Assembly: GCA_011682385.1 (NCBI GenBank)
Contig: JAACET010000001.1
Span: 1-49,362, forward strand
Direction: 5' to 3'
DNA length: 49,362 nt
From: Actinomycetota bacterium
GTDB lineage: Bacteria; Planctomycetota; Phycisphaerae; JAACET01
Position numbers and translations under genes: made by a program. Below are positions 9,555-18,278 of the stretch, piece after piece; within the stretch, counting starts at the first letter, position 1; each line of letters opens with the position of its first letter. The notes beneath the pieces were generated by a model. It was not told the DNA's origin. It ran no database searches and saw nothing but the letters and a program-made list of their open reading frames with translations.

Positions 9555-10342
9555 TGGAGGCTTCCGTCAACGAAGAAATTATTATGGAGTTCCAGGCCCT
9601 GAAACTTCACCAGGGCCGGCCAGCCGAGAAACTCACCGAGCCTGTAGTCATCGAGGCGCTCTGCCAAATCGTATTGAACGATAAGCTCATTGCGACTTTG
9701 TCCTGTAGCCCCATGAATTTGCGCGAGTTGGCTGTGGGATATCTGATTTCTGAAGGTATCGCCACCGACGTCGATTCGGTCGCGGAGCCCGCCCGGACGG
9801 ATGATGGTTACACCTTGAATATTTCTGCTCGAGCGCTCGTCGGCTCCGATGACCTGGCCAAGCGTGTACTCACCAGTGGCTGTGCCGGGGGGAAGAGCTT
9901 TGCCCAGCCACCTTCTCAGCCTTTGGTGGCTATGCCTGTGACTATCCGCCGGGAGCAATTGACTCACCTTGTTTCTCGGATGGCTGATTCCAGCCAGGTA
10001 TTTCAACAGACTGCCGGCGTCCACAGTGCCGCCTTATGCACTCCCGACCAGATCATCTTTCGCACTGACGACATTGGCCGCCACAACGCTGTGGACAAGG
10101 TTATTGGCTGGGCCAGGTTGAACCGGGTCGAATTGCAGGACAAGCTGCTGCTGAGTACCGGCCGGATCAGCTCCGAGATTGTCCTCAAGGCCGCCCGATC
10201 CCGCATCACCATAGTAGCCTCGCGCGGTGCCCCTACCAGCAGAGCGCTGAATCTTGCCCGCGGGCTGGGCCTGACGGTTATCGGCTTTGTCCGCGGCCGT
10301 CGTATGACCGTTTATACCTGCTGTGACCGCTGTAGCGATTGA
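9554..10342 (+). CDS. fdhD: Formate dehydrogenase accessory sulfurtransferase
   Basis: EL.VGYL.SEG, TSGC, F..T.GVH.AAL, DIGRHNAVDK.IG, TGR.SSE.V.KA, GF.RG. TAATG coupling to argG. Confidence 0.92.
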   Translation: MEASVNEEIIMEFQALKLHQGRPAEKLTEPVVIEALCQIVLNDKLIATLSCSPMNLRELAVGYLISEGIATDVDSVAEPARTDDGYTLNISARALVGSDDLAKRVLTSGCAGGKSFAQPPSQPLVAMPVTIRREQLTHLVSRMADSSQVFQQTAGVHSAALCTPDQIIFRTDDIGRHNAVDKVIGWARLNRVELQDKLLLSTGRISSEIVLKAARSRITIVASRGAPTSRALNLARGLGLTVIGFVRGRRMTVYTCCDRCSD

Positions 10343-10581
10343 CCCAGCCGGGCCCGATAAGTCATTGCCTCGCACTTCGTAGTTCTGATGGAATTATTCC
10401 TCACTGTCCAGTCCACGGACAACTCGTGGTTGCCTGAGCTAACCGCCTGAATTTACAGAGATTGAAGCATTTCTATTCTCAGCGGCAGGTTTTTGTTTGA
10501 TAGCCGCTGCTCAGCCCCGGCATCCAGTCGCTTTTAATATTACATTTGATTAGAGCAGGCCCCAAAGCGCCTTTGCGCTGT
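10338..10581 (+). repeat. ~245-bp direct repeat, copy 1 (leader of tadG-like gene 1)
   Basis: Aligns with 11945-12189 with about 22 differences, including one indel, by hand count. Confidence 0.92.
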
Positions 10582-10603
10582 AGGGCCACAAGGAGAACCT
10601 AAC

Positions 10604-11821
10604 ATGCACAAGCTCAATCAACCTGCAGATATTTCGTCTCATCCGCAGCGTGGTGCACGCAAGGGGGCGGTTATAGTCATGGTCGCCATTCTGCTGGTGG
10701 CGTTACTGGGCTGCGCTGCGCTGGCTGTGGACGTCGGGTATCTTTACGTGGCCCGTGCCGAACTCCAGCGGTCTGCCGACGCTGCCGCCCTGGCTGGGGC
10801 GCAAGCACTGGGCCGGGGCTTAGAGTCCCCCTTCGGTGAATATATCTCGGCCAACGACATCTACAGCCAGGCTGAGAAATACGCAGGATTAAATGCTGTG
10901 GTGGGCACAGGCGTGGAGGTCAATCGCAACAGCGATATAAAAATCGGTTATCTGGCTAATCCGCGCGATCTGAGTGTTCCCCTACAAACCGTAGCTCTGG
11001 ATCAGTGCAATGCTGTGCAGGTAATCGCTCGGCGAGATAGTTCCAATACCGATGGCGAGGTTAAACTGTTTTTCGCCCCTATATGGGGTATAAACTCCTC
11101 GGAGGTGTCAGCTTCGGCGATTGCGGTGCTGGACGACCGCTTCTATGCCTATCGCGGCGGCAACGCCATACCTTTTACCCTCCATGTGGACACCTGGGAC
11201 GATGAGATTATCCAAGGTAATGGGGCAGATGGATATGGCTATGACAAATATACAGGAGATGTAACAAGTTCACCGGACGGTGTGCCGGAGGTCAAGCTCT
11301 TTCCCAACAAAGAAGGGTCTGGCTGCTGCTGTAAAAGAAGAGGCAAAGGCTGCGGTAATAGTAATAATGGAGCGGGCAATTTCGGAATTCTCCACATCGG
11401 TTCCGGTTCTCTGGGTGTACCCACTCTGAGAGATCAGATACGTAACGGTATCAGCCAGGACGATTTCACTGATCTGACCGGTGAACCTATGGTCAAATTC
11501 TATGACTATGACTCGGGAAACGCGGTGAGCTACGGGATTAACGGTAACCCTGGTATCAAGGCTGGGATTGAGAGCGCCATACAAGAGAAGGTCGGGCAAG
11601 TCGTGGGCTTCTTTCTACACGACAGTGTCTCCGGCACAGGCTCTAATGCCACTTTTAACGTGATAGCTATGCGCTTCGGACGGGTAATGGCGGTGAATCT
11701 TAACGGCAAGAATAAGGCCATCATAATTCAACCGGTACCGTATTATAGCTCAGGTGTCCTGACCTCGCCGAATGCCCCCTCCACTGACAGACTCATCGGC
11801 ACCCTTGAGTTGGTAAGGTGA
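10604..11821 (+). CDS. TadG-like pilus-associated protein (Tad N-terminal domain)
   Basis: RKG|AVIV hydrophobic helix, LAVDVGY.Y..RAELQ.SADAAALAGA, NAV.V..RR......V.LFFA, GNFG C-terminal domain. AGGAG RBS. Confidence 0.85.
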   Translation: MHKLNQPADISSHPQRGARKGAVIVMVAILLVALLGCAALAVDVGYLYVARAELQRSADAAALAGAQALGRGLESPFGEYISANDIYSQAEKYAGLNAVVGTGVEVNRNSDIKIGYLANPRDLSVPLQTVALDQCNAVQVIARRDSSNTDGEVKLFFAPIWGINSSEVSASAIAVLDDRFYAYRGGNAIPFTLHVDTWDDEIIQGNGADGYGYDKYTGDVTSSPDGVPEVKLFPNKEGSGCCCKRRGKGCGNSNNGAGNFGILHIGSGSLGVPTLRDQIRNGISQDDFTDLTGEPMVKFYDYDSGNAVSYGINGNPGIKAGIESAIQEKVGQVVGFFLHDSVSGTGSNATFNVIAMRFGRVMAVNLNGKNKAIIIQPVPYYSSGVLTSPNAPSTDRLIGTLELVR

Positions 11822-11944
11822 CTCCTCACCGCCGCAACGACGCCAGCCACCCCCTCTCTTGCAATCTCCACCGTGATTACAGGGCCCAGCCCAATTTCTG
11901 TCAGCAGGTCCGATTACCTCTTTAGTCGCCCTGCTGAGTTTGGA

Positions 11945-12189
11945 ATTGACCCAGCCGGGCCCGATAAGTTATTGCTGCGTACTTCGGTACTTCTGATGGA
12001 ATTATTCCTCACTGACCAAGCCACGGACGACTCGTGGCTGCTTGAGCTAATCGCCTGGATTTACAGAGATTGAAGCATTTCTATTCTCACCGGCAGGTTT
12101 TTGTTTAATAACCACTGCTCAGCCCCGGCATCCAGGCGATTTTAATATTACATTTGATTAGTGCAGGACCCAAAGCGCCTTTGCGCTGT
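11945..12189 (+). repeat. ~245-bp direct repeat, copy 2 (leader of tadG-like gene 2)
   Basis: See copy 1 at 10338-10581. Confidence 0.92.
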
Positions 12190-12285
12190 GGCCGATAAGA
12201 ATGTTGGTTTGGGTTTACGGTGGACTTGGTATGCGTGCGTCCAATGTCTCCGCATAAATAACTTGGGGCGGTAGAGGGCGAAAAA

Positions 12286-14019
12286 GTGAGTCCTGAGCAA
12301 CATCGAAGCAGGTTTTTGCGCCGATCCGGCTTGTGGACGAGATCGAGCAGATCTGGGGCTGTTATCGTCTTGGTGGCAGCACTTCTGGTGGTATTGATAG
12401 GCTTTACAGTTTTGGCCGTGGACGTCGGCTATATGTACGACACCAGGGCCGAGCTTCAGAACGCAGCCGACTCTGCTGCTATGGCCGCCGCTGCGTTTTT
12501 GTCTTCCGGGGTGCCGTTGGATGCTGAGGGTGACGTTCGTGCCCAGGCCTACAAGTACGCCTTGGCCAACAAGGCTGCCGGCACAGGCAATATCATCAAC
12601 ACTGAAGCTGACGTGGTTCTAGGCCGGGCCATGCGGGACTATGTCACCGGCAAGTACACCTTCTCCGCAAGCGTCTATCCCTGGGATGCCGTCAAGGTTA
12701 TTGTACGGCGAGACTCCCAGCGATCCTCCGGGCCTGTGCCGCTGTTTTTTGCGGGTTTTTTCGGCAAGAACACTACCAACATATCTGCCTCGGCTATTGC
12801 TGCGCTCGTACCCCGTGACATCGCTATGACCGTCGACCTTTCGGGATCGATGAACGACGACAGTGAACTTAAGTCCTATAGGAAGACTACGATCAACCTG
12901 ACCCAGGTCTGGCGGGATATGGCCACGGGAAGCGGCGGCCCCACCTGGGGAAACATGGTCCATTGGGGTACCGAGGATATCGATTCCGATACCTATAGGC
13001 CCCAAGACGACACCGGCCTGACTTACATGCCTTATCGGAAAAACTGGTCCTACCTGGACATCAATAACGATGGCATTAATGACTTTAATCAGCTTCCGAG
13101 CCAGTACAACAGCAAGGAGAAAGCGGCCCTTAAGCGAGGCCGTTACGATTCTTATCGCCGCAAAGATTACTATGCTGATCGTGTGGCGGTGATGCTGCGG
13201 CTGGCTGATTGGAACGATAGAGATAGAGACAAAAAGATCGACTCCCGCGAGGTTTCCTACAGGTCCTATCCTTACAGCCAGGGCTCCTGGCGAGACTGGA
13301 TCAAGAACTATGTGCGGCGTTCTTCGACGGGAATGTATTCAGCCAACAGCAAGTTTCGCTATCGTTTTGGGCTCAAAACTTTCGTCAATTATCTGTTGGA
13401 ACGGCGATACAGCCATGCTGCGTCACCGATATTAGCCCAGGCGCCCTGCCAGCCGCTGGAAGCGGTCAAGGACGGAGTCAAAATCTGCCTGGATGTACTC
13501 GACGATCTGGACAGCAACGACCAAATGTCCCTGGAGATATACGCCACCACTGCCAAACACGAGCTTAACCTGACGGAAAACTACCACGATGTAGCCGCCG
13601 CCTTGGACAACATGCAGGCGGGCCACTATAACGCCTGGACTTGCATTGGCGGAGGGCTCAAAATCGCCATTGATGAGCTTCAAAGCAGCCGGGCTCGCGG
13701 CTACGCCAAGAAGGTTATCATATTGATGACCGACGGTCGGGCCAACGTCGACCAGTGGGGCAGGGCTGGCTACCAGTATGAAACTGCCGCCAAGACCTAC
13801 GCCTTGGACCAGGCCCGTCGGGCGGCCGGGCTGGGCATCCGGATTTACACCATCTCCGTAGGTTTTAATGCTGACCGGAACCTCATGCAGGAGATCGCTT
13901 CTATTGGTCGTGCAGAAGAGTTCTACGCCAGTGGTATCGACTCGGCCCAATATTCAGCCCAACTTATGGAGATTTTCGGTCGACTGGGCGGCAAGCGGCC
14001 GGTGGTCCTGATTAAATAG
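12286..14019 (+). CDS. TadG-like protein with von Willebrand factor A domain
   Basis: RSG|AVIV helix and LAVDVGY..RAELQNAADSAA. VWA MIDAS DLSGSM, T.IG.GL, ILMTDG, IYTISVG, with a ~200-aa insertion inside the VWA domain. Confidence 0.87.
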   Translation: MSPEQHRSRFLRRSGLWTRSSRSGAVIVLVAALLVVLIGFTVLAVDVGYMYDTRAELQNAADSAAMAAAAFLSSGVPLDAEGDVRAQAYKYALANKAAGTGNIINTEADVVLGRAMRDYVTGKYTFSASVYPWDAVKVIVRRDSQRSSGPVPLFFAGFFGKNTTNISASAIAALVPRDIAMTVDLSGSMNDDSELKSYRKTTINLTQVWRDMATGSGGPTWGNMVHWGTEDIDSDTYRPQDDTGLTYMPYRKNWSYLDINNDGINDFNQLPSQYNSKEKAALKRGRYDSYRRKDYYADRVAVMLRLADWNDRDRDKKIDSREVSYRSYPYSQGSWRDWIKNYVRRSSTGMYSANSKFRYRFGLKTFVNYLLERRYSHAASPILAQAPCQPLEAVKDGVKICLDVLDDLDSNDQMSLEIYATTAKHELNLTENYHDVAAALDNMQAGHYNAWTCIGGGLKIAIDELQSSRARGYAKKVIILMTDGRANVDQWGRAGYQYETAAKTYALDQARRAAGLGIRIYTISVGFNADRNLMQEIASIGRAEEFYASGIDSAQYSAQLMEIFGRLGGKRPVVLIK

Positions 14020-14152
14020 TGGACTGAACATCTCTGGGCCGCGACCTTTCGTAACCTACCCTTATATATGGAGCTACGGTAGATTTCTGCTCCAGTGGAA
14101 CACCCAATAATTCACTCCAGGCTGAATATTCCCTTTTTTTCCTGCTACTGCC

Positions 14153-14178
14153 GTCACAACTGCCGTCCTGCTCTCGTC
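14153..14178 (+). promoter_or_regulatory. ECF sigma-type promoter upstream of the PEP-CTERM genes
   Basis: GTCACA(14153-14158)-N16-CGTC(14175-14178), matching the (T)GTCACA-N16-CGTC ECF41-type consensus. Confidence 0.45.
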
Positions 14179-14476
14179 TTGTATAGTGAGAAAAGGATTA
14201 TTCTCTATTTACCACAATTAGCTGTCTTATTTTCCCGGGCCTGTTGCTCAGTTTTTGGAAATAGCTGAGCCGGGCAATGCGGAAATGTAGTGCCTCAGGC
14301 GGTGCGCCGTATGTGTGCCGACAGGCCCCGCCTCGGATGGTTTTCTGTGGGGTTCTTTTACCGGGAGTGAATGCCTATGAGTGAAGAAACGGACGTACGA
14401 ACGTAAGGATGGAGTGTGTTGAATTGAGACTTGGATCGCATTTGAATAGACGAGAGCTTTCAAAAGGAGAAAACTA

Positions 14477-15394
14477 ATGGGAATTTTTAGCAAAACCAAA
14501 ATTGCTGTCGTAGCCGTATTGTTGATCTTTTTTACCGCTGGTTTCGTTCGCGCGGAATATTATTGTCCGCCGCAGGATCCTCCTGGCCCCACACCCGATG
14601 TTAAATGGTTGCAGCCGCCCGACGTAACCCCGAAGGGCATGGATGTCAAGGCCACGTTGCCGAAGGTCTTGGCTGACGATTTTCTCTGCACACAAACGGG
14701 TCCTATTACTGACATCCGTATTTGGGGGTCGTGGTTGCGTGACAAACTGCCTCCTCGCGGAGCCGGCCAAGTAACATTTGGGCTGGGTATTTTCAGTGAC
14801 ATTCCTGCTGGGCCAGGCCCAAGAAGCTACAGCAGGCCCGGCGAATTACTTTGGGGCCAGATATTTCGTCCCGGCGACTTTGAGGTCAGCTTATTCAAGA
14901 CTGTCCGTGCCGAGGGATGGTACAACCCCGATGGCAATTACATTTTTCCCGCCGACCGTAAGATATGGCAGTACGATTTCCAAATTGATCCCGCAGAGGC
15001 CTTTGTCCAGGAGGGTGACCTTGAGGAGCCCATGGTTTACTGGTTAGGCGTCACTGCTCTAGTACGCCCCCCACAGGGCGATGTTGGTGGGCAATCGGAC
15101 GGCAATCGCTGCACCCCACCCCAGTTTGGCTGGAAGACTTCGTCCAGGCACTGGAACGACGACGCCGTCTGGGCCGAAGTCGATTTCCGGAACCTTGATG
15201 GCCTGACTGATGGCGTTGGCGTGCCTGAGGCCGACGGACTTTATTGGAACGAGCTGCGCTATCCCAGTGGCCATCCCTATGCTGGTAGGTCTATTGATTT
15301 GTCCTTTGCCCTGGTACCGGAGCCGACCTGCCTGGCTTTGCTGGCCTTGGGCATAATACCTTTATTCATCCGTGGACGAAAAGCGCAACGTTGA
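14477..15394 (+). CDS. Secreted PEP-CTERM sorting-signal protein
   Basis: Signal peptide (VRA|E); KW.QPPD...ADDF.C..TGPITDI..WGSW beta-rich domain; C-terminal VPEPT + TM helix + RGRK. AGGAG RBS. Confidence 0.88.
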   Translation: MGIFSKTKIAVVAVLLIFFTAGFVRAEYYCPPQDPPGPTPDVKWLQPPDVTPKGMDVKATLPKVLADDFLCTQTGPITDIRIWGSWLRDKLPPRGAGQVTFGLGIFSDIPAGPGPRSYSRPGELLWGQIFRPGDFEVSLFKTVRAEGWYNPDGNYIFPADRKIWQYDFQIDPAEAFVQEGDLEEPMVYWLGVTALVRPPQGDVGGQSDGNRCTPPQFGWKTSSRHWNDDAVWAEVDFRNLDGLTDGVGVPEADGLYWNELRYPSGHPYAGRSIDLSFALVPEPTCLALLALGIIPLFIRGRKAQR

Positions 15395-15479
15395 GGCGAA
15401 CCCGACAAAAGTAAGCGGAATAAAACTGTTTGCAAGAAAAGTCATTGAAATGTGGACTTCAAACCTAATGGAGAAAAAA

Positions 15480-16184
15480 ATGAGACATTACCCTAACGTC
15501 CTTTCACGTAGCAGTTGTTTGGTTTTCCTTGCCCTAGCACTTATTGCTCTGCTGTCCGGCTCAGCCGTAGCCGGAGACGTCGCCTCCGGCTATGAATTGG
15601 GAGATTCCGGTTGGTCGGCTGTAGTCAATCCGGACTGGGACATAAGCTTTGCTGTTGACGGCCTTAGCGATGACGCTGTCATCATACAGATTCAGAAGCG
15701 TTTCACAGGTGAACTCGACGAATTTGGTCTATTACCGGCAATGTATCTGGAGTTCGTCAAGGATTCCGAAGAAGCCGTCCCGCAGATCATCATTACCGAC
15801 GAGTACATCGTCAACGATACGGCGGCAGATTGGCTTGACTTCCACATGGAGCTGATTGGATCTCCCTTGGCCGGCTTTGACCCCCAGTATATCCCCAGCG
15901 GCGATCAGTTCGCCACGGTCGTCCTCAGCGGCTCAAATGGATATGATGGGCTGCCCACTAAGTTTGATTTCTATGATGGCCTGGTTGTTAATGAGCCGCC
16001 GGGAGATGATACTTTTCGTCCGGGCTATGATTCCGGGGCCATGGCCATCATCACCAATCCCGACATGCAAGTTGGCCAGGGAATCCTGCTCAAAGAATAC
16101 CCTACTGTTCCTGAGCCGGCTACTCTGATGGTCCTGTTGATCTCGGGAGGCCTTGCTCTGCTCGGACACCGCAGACGACGCTAG
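15480..16184 (+). CDS. Secreted PEP-CTERM sorting-signal protein (acidic)
   Basis: Signal peptide (AVA|G); C-terminal VPEPATL + TM + HRRRR. GGAG RBS before ATG 15480. Confidence 0.88.
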   Translation: MRHYPNVLSRSSCLVFLALALIALLSGSAVAGDVASGYELGDSGWSAVVNPDWDISFAVDGLSDDAVIIQIQKRFTGELDEFGLLPAMYLEFVKDSEEAVPQIIITDEYIVNDTAADWLDFHMELIGSPLAGFDPQYIPSGDQFATVVLSGSNGYDGLPTKFDFYDGLVVNEPPGDDTFRPGYDSGAMAIITNPDMQVGQGILLKEYPTVPEPATLMVLLISGGLALLGHRRRR

Positions 16185-16220
16185 GGAGCGTTCGCCGAAC
16201 AGCTCAATGTTGTTTTCTAG

Positions 16221-16255
16221 CCAGAGGGGCCGCTTAGTCGGTCCCTTTGGTTTAG
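16221..16255. terminator. Rho-independent terminator-like hairpin between PEP-CTERM gene and convergent flp
   Basis: CCAGAGGGGCCG-cttagt-CGGTCCCTTTGG followed by TTT. Confidence 0.6.
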
Positions 16256-16373
16256 ATAGATTTGGTTCTCATCCCCGGTTTTACGGGTGGGTTTACTTGA
16301 ATGCCCTCAAGCTCTCGTTTGGGTATCCTCTTAGCGCCCCCGGCCGGAGTATGGTTTGTCCAGACCGTCAGGC

Positions 16374-16559
16374 TTATGAGCTGCCAGCCGGCAGACCATC
16401 TTCAAGCGTTGTGAATGTAGCCTTAGCCTTGGTACCTATCAAGCCGGCGGCCACGAAACAGAGGGCCACAATCAGAGCCAACATGACGGCGTACTCTGTC
16501 AGCGTAGGTCCGTCCTCACCATACACGAAATCCAGCGTTCTTTTGGCCAGCGTCTTCAT
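16374..16559 (-). CDS. flp: Flp family type IVb pilin
   Basis: 61 aa; EDG|PTLTEYAVMLALI with G-1, E+5, Y+6 and a hydrophobic helix. AAGGAG RBS. Confidence 0.9.
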   Translation of the reverse strand: MKTLAKRTLDFVYGEDGPTLTEYAVMLALIVALCFVAAGLIGTKAKATFTTLEDGLPAGSS

Positions 16560-16805
16560 ATCCGACTCCTTACAGCATGTCAGCCAAAGTTTCTGACATG
16601 CAGGGATACTCCTACCCGTGGGGAAGTTTAATACACAAACTGCCCGGATGCCAAAAAAGGTCGTGAAAAAGATGAAATTGCCGATAGTTTAGGCCCCAAG
16701 TGACCAGGTTTTTTGTATAATCTGCGGTGATTGGCCTTGACAGCGGTGGCTCGCCACCCTAACATTTACCTTACATCGAGTTCGTTTTATACTTTTGGTA
16801 CGCCA

Positions 16806-18245
16806 GTGACGCCCAGTTCAACCATTAAGACCCGATTTCCCCCTTCTCCTACCGGCACGTTGCATGTCGGCGGAGCTCGCACCGCTCTATTTAGTTGGTT
16901 GGTTGCCCGTCGGGCTGGGGGACATTTTATCCTGCGTATTGAGGACACCGACCAGGCCCGCAATGTCCCCGGCGGGGCCGAGGCCATCATTCGTGATCTC
17001 AAATGGCTCGGCTTGGACTGGGACGAGGGCCCCTATTTACAGTCTCAACGTTTGGATATCTACGCCAAGCACATTCAAAAGCTGCTTGATGCCGGCCATG
17101 CTTATTACGCCTTCGAGACCGCTGAGGAATTGGATGTCCTTCGCAAACAGGCTCAGGAGGCCAAGCAGGCTTTTCGTTATCCGCGTCCTGATCCTTTGCC
17201 CACCGCCGCCGATGCGGATAGGGCCCGTTCCGCTGGCAAGCCCGTAGTGGTTCGTCTGAAGTGTCCCAGCCAGGCAGTGACCGTTGAAGATGAGGTCTTT
17301 GGGGAAGTCCAGGTGGCTGCCGACCAGATGGACGATTTCGTTATCTGCAAGGCTAATGGCTATCCTACTTACCATTTAGCCAATGTGGTCGACGATGCCT
17401 TGATGGGTATCAATTTCATTCTTCGCGGCCAGGAGTTTTTGGGACAAACCTGGCGCCACATTGTCTTGCGACAAGCCCTTGGTTACCCTCAACCTCGTTA
17501 TGCGCATTTACCCTTGATTCTGGATATGCAGGGCAAGAAACTTTCCAAGCGAGACGCTGACGTTGACGTTCACAGCTTCCGCAGGGCCGGCTTTTTGCCT
17601 GAGGCCTTGGTCAATTTCATTGTTCTTTTGGGTTGGTCCCCCGGTGATAACCGCGAGAAGTTCAGCTTGGCCCAACTTCGCGAAGTATTCGATGTTGCCG
17701 ATATCGGAAAGTCAAACGCCAGGTTCGACCTGGAGAAGTTGCGGGCCTTTAATACTGATGCCTGTGCCGACGCAGCCCCGGACCGCTTGCTCACCGCCTT
17801 CAAGGACTACCTCTCGCTTAACGACACTCCCATCCCTGCGGACGATGATAATTTGTTGGCCCAAGTCCTGGAAGTTTGCAAAGGCTTCAGGACCTTTGCC
17901 GACATCCCCGCCAAGGTTGGCGTGCTTTTCCAGGCCGATGCTGATTTCGAGTACGACACCAAGGCCGTCAAGAAGGTCTTGCGCAAGAACGACGCTGCCG
18001 GCTTTGCCGTACTGGCCCAGCTGCGAGAGGTTCTGAGTAAATGTGATTGGCAGCACGAAATACTCGAAGCTTGTATCAACGATTATTGCCGAACGAAGGA
18101 ATTATCCATGGGCCAGGTCGCCCAGCCGATCCGTGTAGCCGTGACTGGCCGAACTGTCAGCCCGCAGATCATCGACACGCTGATGATTCTTGGACACGAC
18201 AAGACCTTAGCTCGTATTGATCGCTGTCTAGATTTACCCCGCTGA
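16806..18245 (+). CDS. gltX: Glutamate--tRNA ligase
   Basis: TRFPPSPTG.LHVGG.RTAL, LRIEDTD, YPTYHLANVVDD, KKLSKR, anticodon domain QPIRVAVTG...SP. Start uncertain (16731 or GTG 16806). Confidence 0.93.
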   Translation: MTPSSTIKTRFPPSPTGTLHVGGARTALFSWLVARRAGGHFILRIEDTDQARNVPGGAEAIIRDLKWLGLDWDEGPYLQSQRLDIYAKHIQKLLDAGHAYYAFETAEELDVLRKQAQEAKQAFRYPRPDPLPTAADADRARSAGKPVVVRLKCPSQAVTVEDEVFGEVQVAADQMDDFVICKANGYPTYHLANVVDDALMGINFILRGQEFLGQTWRHIVLRQALGYPQPRYAHLPLILDMQGKKLSKRDADVDVHSFRRAGFLPEALVNFIVLLGWSPGDNREKFSLAQLREVFDVADIGKSNARFDLEKLRAFNTDACADAAPDRLLTAFKDYLSLNDTPIPADDDNLLAQVLEVCKGFRTFADIPAKVGVLFQADADFEYDTKAVKKVLRKNDAAGFAVLAQLREVLSKCDWQHEILEACINDYCRTKELSMGQVAQPIRVAVTGRTVSPQIIDTLMILGHDKTLARIDRCLDLPR

Positions 18246-18278
18246 TACCCAGTGGTTATGAAGGGATTTTGAAAAAGC

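Noticed and set aside
10484-10535. sigma54 promoter in the tad leaders or upstream of flp
   Set aside because: GG-to-GC spacing is 9 rather than 10, or the -12 GC is missing.
10388-12073. Short ORF inside the 245-bp repeat (MELFLTVQSTDNSWLPELTA* vs MELFLTDQATDDSWLLELIAWIYRD*) as a leader peptide
   Set aside because: Most differences between copies are non-synonymous, the stop position differs (TGA vs TGG), and there is no clear RBS.
12246-12275. dif-like site (CGCATAA half-site)
   Set aside because: No XerD arm (TTATGTTAAAT-like) at the required 6-bp spacing.
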